This document shows, piece by piece, positions 11,770 through 22,494 of a stretch of 64,000 bases of DNA. The DNA lies in the NCBI GenBank assembly GCA_027604505.1, contig JADIIX010000008.1, forward strand, positions 186,001 to 250,000, read 5' to 3'. The DNA comes from Gonapodya sp. JEL0774. Lineage: Eukaryota. The notes below the pieces were generated by a model that saw only the letters and a list, made by a program, of their open reading frames with translations, was not told the origin of the DNA and made no database searches. How positions within the stretch are numbered: position 1 is the first letter of the stretch; each line of letters begins with the position of its first letter. Position numbers and translations under genes: made by a program.

Positions 11770-14435
11770 ATGCAGGATGAGGCTATAGTCCGCCGTCGTG
11801 ACACTGATCGAGTAAGCGGCCGGTTGGTTCCGACTACACCTTGGATTTGGAACGGTCCCATTCTCAGATCGCTTCGCAAGCAACCCGTGCCGGAAATCTG
11901 CTCACCAGCTTTAGCGTCTTCTTTGATGGACTTCCTCTCTCGAACGAGTCCGTGAAGCCCTTTGAGCGCGCCTATTCAAGGTGCGACAATCGCCGGATCG
12001 ACTTTCCCGCACCTGCTCCGAGTACGTGAACCATCTTTGTTGCCTTGCTTAGCTCACAGGTGATGCAGCCCCAACTTCCCTTGTCCACACCAAGTGCTGG
12101 AGAGACACCACCAAAACGCGATCTTGTGAGTGTCGATCTAGCCCTCTCACAGGTGAAGGGACTTCACTGACGCCAGTCGCCACTTACTTTCGGAATTTAA
12201 ATGATTTTTAAAGAGCGATGTTTATCTGACTCAAGCTTGCTCCTCCTTCGGTGAAGAACTCCTTGGTCAGCCGCCATCGCCCCAGGTTAGAAAAAGATTT
12301 TCCTCATGGGTTGCTCAGTATTATCTCCTCAAATAACTCTACCTCGCTGTTTGGACATTAGGAGATGGTTCATCCGCTCCCTCCAAACATTCCTCTCAGC
12401 TCGACACAAGACAGTGGACTGAATGAATTTCCACGGGATCTTCCGACAGAAATCTCCGGGTCGACACTAGTGAGATCATAAATTCTATCATATCTCTTTT
12501 GTGCTTAACGCTGATCGCTCATGGGGAAGGAACCACCTTACCAGTTTTCGGGATCCACCTCAAACACACTCGAAAACAGGAGTATTCCAAGCACCATTTC
12601 ATATGGAATGCATTCTCTGGTCCCGAGTGTCACCGTTGCCCCGTTTGACGCTTTTGATCAGTTTCCTGTCGGAGACATCAATTTTGATTCTCACATGCCA
12701 CTCAGACTGGCGGCGATCAGCGAATATTCTCCAACAACGTCATTGATTTCGCATGAACTTGGACAAATGAGCCACCTAGCGAGCGGATCGCTCACGTCTC
12801 CGTCATCGTTTCAAGAATCGGAAGTAACTGCAACACCTAAGCGGTCGTCAACGCGTTTGACCTCCAAGCGACAGACTGGGCGCAGCGCATCTGTGCCCAC
12901 ACCTTACAATGTTTTTGTACGAGAGTACAGACCAATAGTGAAGGTAAGATGCTCACTTCTTGCATCGCACTGAGGATGTCTGATCAAATAGATATGCAGA
13001 GCAAACTCCCACGTGGGTCGAGAAGTGTGATTGCAAGCGAGTTGAGCGCCGCTTGGGCGCATTTGCCTGACGCGGAAAAGGCACGGTATCAAGCTGCGTC
13101 AGAAGAATACGGACGAGAGAAATCCAAAAGTGATGGTAGCTTGTGAAAATTTAAGGAGAGGAGCAACGGATACATACCCTGAATATTTTTCGTTCATAAT
13201 GAGCAATCAAATCTTGAGCAATAAAAACAGAATCGCAGAAAAGACTGGTGGAAGGTGGTCGGGTAAGGCCTAAACCAATGTCACACGCATTCTTTTGTCC
13301 CAAGGATGACGTGGGTTCCGAGTGTTTCGTAATTCCAAACAACATTGATCGAGTCAATCCATTCCCCGCAAAATGCACCATCGTCCAAATTTTTCTCATC
13401 CTCCCCCAATTCCTGGTCACAGTTCTGGTTCCCGGCAGCCGGCAGGTGTCAGTGATCCCATCGTAGCGGATCAAGGCAATCCAGGTTCTGGTACTTACGA
13501 CACAGGACAGCGAGGTCAGAAGAGCACAGAGGTCCTAGAGAATGTTCATTTCACTAGATCGGATATGACAAGAGTGGGTATTTAAGACCTGAGGCTTTGG
13601 AAGTATTAATCGAGTGAGTTCCTCCTCCTTTTGATTATCCAGCTTGCAGACATGTTTCGGGATCTTTCAGTTTGCATGAGTCGCATCGCCTCGGTTTTTG
13701 ATAATATCAGCTACCGATCCAGCAATTCGTCAAGTTCTGCCCAACAACCCACAAGAGAGGCGAGCAACGGTGTATCCAAGAATCCAGAAACCACTCCTCA
13801 AGCTTGGGTGAATACTACGTGTGATCGGATATATTCGGACGCATGGGGTTATGATGTCACTTTCTTTTTTTGTTGTGTGTACCGGACAGCCCCAACCGTC
13901 TGCGAGGGACGGATCGAACAGAAGAGATTCATCCTACGAAAGAAGTTTTGCTTCATCGTTCAAGTCGGGCATTTCTGGAAGTGGAAGGTCAACCGACTTA
14001 TTGGGTAATCACTCCGGTTCGAATGCCTCCGTCGGTCCTCCATTTGTGAGGGGAATTGTCAGATTAGATCAAGCCACACAAACTGATATCGTCCATCCAT
14101 CAAGCTTGCTCATGGTCCTGCGAGCTCGCCGTTGCAGAAGCCGTCTATGTATTCGGGACAGGTGAGTCTATTTTGGGATGGAACGAGCTTCCACTCGTGT
14201 GACGCGAGTTTCTATCGCATAGCGCCTACCAAGCCCTCAAACGATGCTCGCCACGGCACCTGACGCGGCATTGCCTTACCTCGGAGACCGAGGGAGGCCC
14301 ACTTCCAATGCCTTTCCGTGCGAATCCACGCCGGCAATCAGGACATCTTTATCGGAGCCAAGGTCTCTTCGTTCCACCTTGCCTCATGAAGCAAGCCCTT
14401 CTGGTGGCGTGTCAGTTGACCTCCCAACTGACTGA
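11770..14435 (+). CDS. HMG-box-containing protein (putative transcription factor); boundaries uncertain
   Basis: PTPYNVFVREYRPIVK (exon ending ~12943), an intron, then SKLPRGSRSVIASELSAAWAHLPDAEKARYQAASEEY make up HMG-box helices 1-3. The flanking exons are S/P-rich and low complexity. Confidence 0.7.
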
Positions 14436-14745
14436 ATTGTGCAATCAGGTCCACGTAGTTCTTTTGAGGGCAACATTGGTGGCCGCACAGTTTCGGGGCG
14501 ACTTACTTCAGTTTCCGAGACGAAAAGCATCAACCCACGTCCTGAAAGTGGAGAGTGGGTGGCAGGGGCTGCTTAGGTGCTTCACTTCGTACCTAACATC
14601 ACGATGGGACAACGAGCGTCCCAGCTTGATCTGAAGAAGAAGGTACTTGGTATGTATAATAAGGCATTTTTGAGCGACGCTACAGATTAAATGTTCCAGT
14701 GCAAAAACATTCCTCAAATGAATTGTTGATATGACATGATCAAGT

Positions 14746-17700
14746 CTAAGCGTGTGCCGTGATATGCCCATTCTTCCCAGCTGCCTTGACGGCATTCTTG
14801 TTCCACAAAGTGTGCCTAGGTCTACCCAGTTGGACGACTTCACCCTTTGCAAAGTCCTCCGCCAGATACTCTTGATCCACGTTCCTCACTCCATATGCCT
14901 CCATGAGGGCGAGCGCAAGGATAAAAGCGCCAACTGAAATGATACTCGGTGAGCCGACGTGGATTTCAGAGAGTAAAATAGGTGCAACACCTACCCAATG
15001 CCAGGGTGCCCCACACGGACAATGATTTGCCACCGAGTCCCACCAACGTAATTCCGATAGCACACAAGTACTTCGCCCCCACTCTAGTTGCAAGACTGAA
15101 TCGATACATCGATGGATCATGTTGCTAAGAGTGGCCGAAGGGCGGGTGATGGCGCACATGGTCACAATCACATCACGGTTCGTTCAACTTTCGGCAAACA
15201 GCTACTCACATGCTGCAGCATCATGGTGGCCACGCAGCACATCGCGATACCTAGACCGCCACAGTAGCTCCACACAATTCCGCTGGTGAGGTGAACGGCG
15301 GAACTGGAATCACCCGCTCGGGGATATAGAGTGCCTTCCTTGGTGTATCCTGTCGACTCGGTGGCGTACTTTTCAGAGTAGATAAATGTGTCTGTTGTCT
15401 GGATAATGACCGACAAAGACGCCGCTGCAACCTGTTAGGATATTTGGGAATTGATCAGAGTCGCAACGAATACGGTCATTAACAGCGCCATGCCTACTTA
15501 CTACAAGCGAGCAAACGAGAGGAAAATGCAAGCTGGAGCGTGAACCGATCTTTCTTAACCACTGTCCGTCCGAAGTTTGCCCGCAGATCAATCCTAAACA
15601 CTTACAATCCCCACAGCAATCCGGTGAAAGCGCTTCTCCGGGTCGCATGTCCTGTGTGTTATTAGCCCGCAAAGAAGAAAGGTTTTGCCAGTCCAGACAA
15701 ATCAAAATATTTGCGCCCGTTCTCACGTTTGTGAGCCGCTTGCTCGGAATCAAAGTACACATACTGAAAGCTCAAAAAGGCCAAGAGACCAAGCGCAGCT
15801 TTGCTGTAAATGGGATCGGTCAGATTCGCGGTTGGAGAGCTCGAGACGATCGCCGACACTTGCGAGGTGGACCACGAGACGATCGTGTTGGTGAGACGGA
15901 ACGGGGTGGGTGATCCGGACCCGCACAACTCACGTCCTTCTCCGAGCGCTAAAATGACAAAGAGGCCCATCCGTTCGCTGAAGTGCTCGATGTTGAGAGC
16001 GAAACGGGGGTAAAAGCTCAAACTGGAGGAGTTTGGAATGAATCGATGCATGTTCCTGCCGATGAAGATGAGGATCCACTGCCCGCCAAAGTCCATACTG
16101 GGGGTGGAGTCAAGAGCAAGGGAAAGAATCAAATGAGATAAAAAGCATTCCCAAGGCTGGATTGTACGTTTCACGCATATCCCAGCCTGTCCATCTCCCG
16201 ATCCCACACTTCCCTCCCCGTTGCACTTACAAAACGGCCAGCCACCAGATGGCGATTCTCGATGAAGGGGACGAAGAAGCGACCGCAAGGCCCACGACCC
16301 ACAGCAAGGTGCTGGAGATGATTTGTGCAATGATCGACGCGAACGCGTATAAAAACTGAGAAGAGGGGCATCAGAAGGTGTGGCTGCCCAGATACAAAAC
16401 GTTTCATCACCCGATAACGTACTGTCGGAAACCACGCGAGGAGACTGATGTACGCCAGCAAAAACGTTCCCCTCGAGACCAAGAAACACGAGTAGAAGAG
16501 CGACATGGTGCCGCCGTAGGACCCGTCTGTGGGGATGGCCTGTTGGGGAGAAGGAATTAAGCGCAATGAAGATGTGGTGAGAGGGTGATCGAACGAGGGG
16601 GAGGCGGGAAACAAGAAATGTGCACCTGGTCTGCGGCGATGGCCTTGATGATCCGAGGCGGGAGACGACGGGGGGTGAGTTGGCGATTGGATGTGGGCCA
16701 AAACAACGGAATAAGCGCCAAGACATTTGAGCGAAGGCTGTCCACTCACCATGGTGACGGCGATTAACATAATCCAAAACAGCAAACATCGTTGTACTGT
16801 GTCGTCAGCTCCAAACACGTTGACTTTTTGTAACGAACGGTGGGCGAGGACGGTTCCGTGCGTGAAAGGAGTGTCACATGGGAGGAACGGGCAACCCACG
16901 ACTCACTGAAGTAAACCATGTCGTGCCACACTCGCCAGATGGGGACGAAGATGAAGATGAAGTCTTGTAAACGCAAGTTGTTAATGTAGACGTGACCGAC
17001 AGCGGCTGTCGCCACCACAAAGACTGTGCAAGGAAGAAATTCGGAGAAGAAAAGGTGGAATGGATAAGGAACTCCAGGTTCGCACGCGGTAACTTTGGAG
17101 CCATGTTCCCCCCAGGGTACGCCCACTCACCGAGGTCGAAAAACAATTCGCTCCACGAGGTCTTTCGCTCCTCTTCTTCACGCACGAGAGTTTCGCGGTC
17201 GACAAAGTACTGGCGGATGATGGGTTGGAGGATGCGGAACCCTCCTCTGTAGGAGTGGATGAGTTCCATTTTCTGTTCCCCAAACGTGTTGACTGGTGGT
17301 TTTGATGAGATGCAATCGCCGGCGGATTCAGGGGCAGGGAAGAGCAAGGAAACGGGGGACAAGGCGTAAGACCCTTGAAAAATTGGAGGAAACAAGCACA
17401 ATAAAACATACTCGAGTGGTGTGGTACCGACTCGTCCCCTGCGGTATGCAAGGTTCCAAGCGTATCCGTCCTAGCTAGCGACAGGAGCTCCTTTTCGTAG
17501 TTGCTTACTTGCATCTCGAGCTCTTCAGCCCTAGCCTCCGCCAACCGTTTCTCCCTGGCCGCTTCCTCTTGCTCCTTTTGGATACTCAGTAGTTTGGCTT
17601 TCAGGGCTTTCACCTGTTGCAGTTTGTAACGGCACAGGAGTGGAGTAACTTCGGTGAGCGTTCGAGAACAGGGACATCGCTTCATACGGGAGGAGCAGTA

Positions 17701-17937
17701 GGGAAATTCCCCTCCAAGCTCGTGCACAATAGCCGTGTAATGGATGTTTCTTCAACACACATGTTTTGGGGAACCCAACATGCAGACTTCCAAGCCTTCC
17801 TCCTGTTCTGCCTCCTTTTGCGCATCGATCAGATGGCTCTCATCCCGGACGACTTTGAGCCTGGGCAGACCCTCGACGTCGAGGATGTAATGGCTGTCCG
17901 TTCTCCTGGCGATTAAGTCGTCTGATGGGATATCCAT
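14746..17937 (-). CDS. LtrA (low temperature requirement A) family multi-pass membrane protein with N-terminal coiled-coil extension
   Basis: Hallmark motifs RKTSWSELFFDL(VF) and EHFSERMGLFVILALGE, plus many hydrophobic exons. Confidence 0.88.
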
Positions 17938-18483
17938 CGTGGGCGTGGGCTTGGGCGCGGGTTGTCACAGAAAATGGGTTTATAGCAGCGCAGGGAAATG
18001 AGGGAGGGACAGTGAGGTCCACAAGCGCAAGCCCTGCACGCGCACGCAAACATTTCATAATTGAAATGAGGCGAACTCTAAACCCAAAAAGTGAAGTGGT
18101 TCATCCAAATCCAACTCCAAATAGATATCGAACAAAGTTTCTGTTTTGCCTGAGCAGCTATATATTCATGAGGAAGAAATGAGTGGGGCTTCTGTTATCA
18201 AGCCGCCAAACCACCGAGACGTCCAAGGGGAATGATACCTTATTTTATTGCATGAATGAATTGCAACATGAAATACCAAATCCTGTGGTACTCTGCTGGT
18301 GTGTAGTACCCAGGAACTAACACGGCTCGACAGCTCCAACTATGAGCAGGTTGCGATTGAGAAAATGGCACCTTGTAATCCAATCTGCATGGTGGCGTTC
18401 ACTTCCAAGAGAGAATTCAAATGTAAATTTGGGTAAAATGCGAAGCTCACTCCGAGGATGGGACACACTGAAACCCACATCTC

Positions 18484-21121
18484 ATGTCTACAATCGTTCC
18501 AATCACCGTATTCACGGGCTTTCTCGGCGCTGGAAAGACTTCAATCATTCTCGCTGTAACCAAGCGCGTTCCCCCAAACTACAAGATAGTCGTGCTCAAG
18601 GTCGAGTTCCCTGCTCTGTAATCTCTGTCGGTTCCCATTGCTGAACTCCCCATGCTCCCATTCCTCTCTTTTACTCTCTCCCGGTCCATCTTGTCCTTTC
18701 TGCTCTTCTGGTCTCCAGAATGAATTCGGAGACGTCAAAGGTAGGCCACTCCCGCCCCTGATCCGCAGATGGTGCATGGTACCCATTTCTGTCTCCTACC
18801 TTTCCACTTCTCCCACATTCACCGTTTCATCCTTCCACCTCGTCGTCCCTCCCGTTCTCTCCCAAAGTGGACTCCGAACTTGTCCGGGAATCCAACCTCC
18901 AGGTCACAGAAATGCTCAACGGGTGCATGTGCTGCGTCCTCGTAGGTCAGATGAGGAACGCTCTCGTCGAGATACAGGGTGCGTGTACATTACATTGATT
19001 TGCTTGTTGATTGGTTGATTGGCTGGCTGGCGGTGATCGTGGTGTTGGTGCAAGGCTGTTGCTCTTGGTGGTTGGGTTTCGTGCATGCTTAGTTTGGCTT
19101 TTTCGTTGGGTTCTCCCTTCGTGTGACCGAACCTCAACCTTTGGGAGTTCGGAGTTTTGCGAAGGTTGAGAGTATCCGAGTGTCATTGAAAGTTTGGGAG
19201 CCTGAGTCTGAGAGCCCGGGAGCTCACGAGCTCACGAAAATCAGAAGTTTGTGAGTGTGGGTAGCTTGGGTGTTCGAAAGTTTTGAGAGTCTGAGAGTTC
19301 CCGTTTGGGAGTCCACGTCATTCCCGGAGGTCGCTAGTCTCATCTGAACGCTGGCATGCTTCAGATATTTGAAAACTGCTTGTGTGCGTCTTCTCACCGT
19401 GCGCGGGGATACCAATGTGCCTCTTCGACTTGAACGATGACCATCAACCTCACTTGCTGACGTGCTGTTCCCGTCTGCCCCACCCACTCCAAATCATCCC
19501 GCCCAATCCCATCCCGTCCTATATAGAAACCTACCGCCCCGACCGCATCATCGTCGAGACCTCAGGCTCGGCCTTCCCCGCGCCCATCGCGTGGCAGATC
19601 CGCGAGCTGAGGAAAGAAGGGCTGCCGTTCGTGTTGGACGCCATCATTACGGTGGTAGATTGTGTCAATTGTGAGTGTTATAAAGGGGATGCGGTTTCTA
19701 GGTGGGATAAGTGGCTGGGGTGCGGTGAAAGTGCGGCAATGTCACGAAAGTGGGTGCTACATATGCAAATCTGTGCGTGTGGTGATTTTACTTGCCCGGG
19801 TGTTGTGATTTTGCGTTGTTGAGCCTGGATCCCATAGGGTGCGGGTCCAGTGGACTTCCTCCCTTTTCTACTCATCATTCCTCCCCCCTCCGCATCCATC
19901 ACCCCGCCCTTTGCTTTCCCCGGTCCCTCTCTCACCAAGTCATGGGCTACGAAGACACGTCCTACACCGCCAAGATGCAGGCCAAGTACTCTGACGTGAT
20001 CGTACTCAACAAGTGGGAGTTGGTGGGTTGGAAGAGGTTCGGGGTGCGGGCGAGGGGTGCTGCAGACTGATCGCACACAGAGTGTCAACCGTCGACCGTC
20101 GACCGCCAGGGATGGGGAGAGAGCGCGGTGCAAGTTCTTGGCCTGTGGTCTCCCACCTTGTTGATGCACCGTTTTCGCCGCTCACACATGCGCACCAAAA
20201 CCAAAACACCCCACGCTCGGCTCCCACCATGCGCAGGTCTCCCCCCGCGCCTTCGACCTCGTCCTAGACCGCGTTAACGACCTGAACGATCTCACGCCCA
20301 AGATCCGCTCCGACAGGGATATGAAGGGTGTGGACCCGGACGTCGTGTTTGGGTTGGACACAAGGTTGTTCGAGGAAGGTGGGGAGGAGGTGGTTGGCGG
20401 AGCCGGTGGGGATGGGGGGATGCATTGGGACGGGGAGGTGGATGTGGTGAGGGTGGGGAGGGAGTGGGTCGGGGCAAGAGGGGGGAGCGAGGTTGACGGG
20501 TTGGGAGGGGAGGGGAACGTAGGGATGCATGTGGTGGAGGTGTGTGAGCACGATCACAATCACAATCACGATCACAGCGAAAGCTGTGTGAGCGGGGCAG
20601 ATACAGAAGCAGGGGCAGGTGTGGGGATGGTGGACACGAGTGTTGGCGATCTCCAGGAACTGAGCGAGGACAATGCCCATGGCGGTCTGGACCCCATTGC
20701 TGTGACCGACTTCCTTTCCACGCTGGACAAGGAAGAGGTCTTCCGTGTCAAGGGGTTCGTCGCGCTGAGGGGGCCAGTGGACAAGGAGGGATTGGAGAAG
20801 CGTGCGCCGCAAGGGAGCTTTTTGAGCACGGCACCGTTGTCGTCGGGCGGTAATGGTGCTGTGGACATGTACATACTTAACTGGGCGTTTGGGAGGTGGA
20901 CGTGGACGTGGATGAGCGGGTGGGGAACGGGAGGGAGCGGGAACGGCGGATCCAAGGGAAGCGGTGTGGGGCCCGGCGTTGTGGTCCGGTTGAGCGTTTT
21001 TGGTCTGGGGCTGAGGATTTGGACCGAGAAGATCAGGAGAGGGTTTGGATTTGCGAGCGCGGGGAAGGTGAGCAGAGCGGGGTGGAGGGAGGAGGTTGTG
21101 TTGACGGAGGCGAAGCGATGA
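18484..21121 (+). CDS. CobW/COG0523 (G3E) P-loop GTPase, putative zinc metallochaperone
   Basis: Walker A PITVFTGFLGAGKT, KNEFGD, the CxCC motif in EMLNGCMCC, IIVETSG, VLNKWE, His-rich HDHNHNHDH, and C-terminal VFRVKGFV...YILNWAFGRW. Confidence 0.93.
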
Positions 21122-21595
21122 TACCCTTACCCCGGGGAACGGGGGCCGTTAGGGAGTTGAAGGAGAAGCAACGTAGTGGGTGGTGTGATACGAACAGATG
21201 GACTACATCCGTGCGGGATATTCTATCGGCAGCTGCGCAGTTTCAAGCATATGAGCTGTGTGGAGCGAGAACAGAGCGGAGCTTATCAGTAGTAAACAAA
21301 CGTTTATTGATTAGACCAGAATAGAAACTGAAAGATTGTATGTCTAAGTGGATAGCGACCAAACATTTTGAACTCATGGCAATGTCGTACTCAAGCTCGT
21401 TCTGTCCACACAACTTCATCAACACCTCCAGGACAGCAGAATAAAATTTGTGTCAACAAAGGCGGTTTCCTTCCGACTTTCAAAGTAATAAATACGTGAC
21501 ATTGATGAAGTCAGTTCGGCATAGTTCTGTCCAACCCGAAACTGTGCCACACAAATGTGGGTGGTGTGAACCGCACCATCATAATATCTAAAACC

Positions 21596-21767
21596 CTGAA
21601 GTCTGGTTTCCTTAAGTCTGACCCCAACCCACTGAAGTCTGACCTATGAAGTACATTGAACTCTGAACTATGTACTGAAGTCTGACCCAAATACATTGAA
21701 GTCCAACCCAGCACCCTGAAGACTGACCTACGTACAGTGAACTCTGACCCGACACACTGAACCCTAG
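21596..21767. repeat. Degenerate tandem array, ~9 units with ~20-bp period, core CTGAAGTCTGACC
   Basis: Successive units ctgaagtctgg, cttaagtctgacc, ctgaagtctgacc, ttgaactctgaac, ctgaagtctgacc, ttgaagtccaacc, ctgaagactgacc, tgaactctgacc and ctgaaccctag. Confidence 0.85.
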
Positions 21768-22039
21768 GCAACCGCGCTTTCGATCGGGGGGACCCCGGAA
21801 AGCGAGTGTCTCCATGCGGTGCAAAGTTGGGCCTTCTGTTGTACAAGAAGGTTGCCTTTGTCGTGGCGCAGCAAAAGCTGCGGGCTCCCTGTCCGGAATT
21901 CCACCTGCGTGTGTTTTAACCACGACTTGGGTGCGTCTGCTGGGGCTGCTCAGGAGAACTGCGCCATCGGACCATCCGCGAGCTTTGCCTCCGTGTCAGT
22001 CTCCGTGGCTGGTCGCGGAGCGGGTGGAAGCGCAGCGGT
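21768..22039 (-). repeat. Left copy of a long inverted repeat pair (probable transposon-derived sequence)
   Basis: The reverse complement aligns to 26732-26952 with ~9 substitutions plus one 51-nt indel (21827-21877). A hairpin GCTTTCGATCGGGGGGACCCCGGAAAGC lies at 21776-21803. Confidence 0.92.
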
Positions 22040-22494
22040 GGTTTCTTTTATTAAGCAGGTTGACGTGTATGATAAAGAGAAAATTCCAAATAATATGCTC
22101 AAAAGGAACTTCTTTAACGGGAGTAACTCTCTATATAATTCTCAGAAGCATGGCTCTGTTGATCTATATCTTCCACAAATACAGTAGAAGAACCTGATAG
22201 TGGGGGTCTTGGGAAGGGTGCTTCACCTACGAGAGAGGTTTCAGTTCGCCCTTGCAGCGAACGGGGATATAACTAGAAGATCTTCAACTCAGCTCTTGAG
22301 CTCGCCTTTTACTAGTGTGCGACCGAAATGGTGCTGCGCTCTCTGTCCTTTGAACAGCGTTCACTCCGCCTCTCCGAGTTTTGAGCCCATCCCTGAATTT
22401 CACCTGACTGCTATATTCGTGGGGCAGCAAAAATAAGGGGTAGGCTGTGACAGTAGTTCAGCCGGTTGGTTGGGTTTCGGGAGCGGTTCCCACA

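Noticed and set aside
19195..19310. TPP riboswitch (CTGAGA motifs in an intron)
   Set aside because: The downstream conserved CCTGA/GATAA/GCG-AGG elements were not found, and the host gene is not thiamine-related.
21596..21767. CRISPR-like repeat array
   Set aside because: The repeats are only ~13 nt and degenerate, with 6-10-nt linkers. There are no cas genes and the context is eukaryotic.
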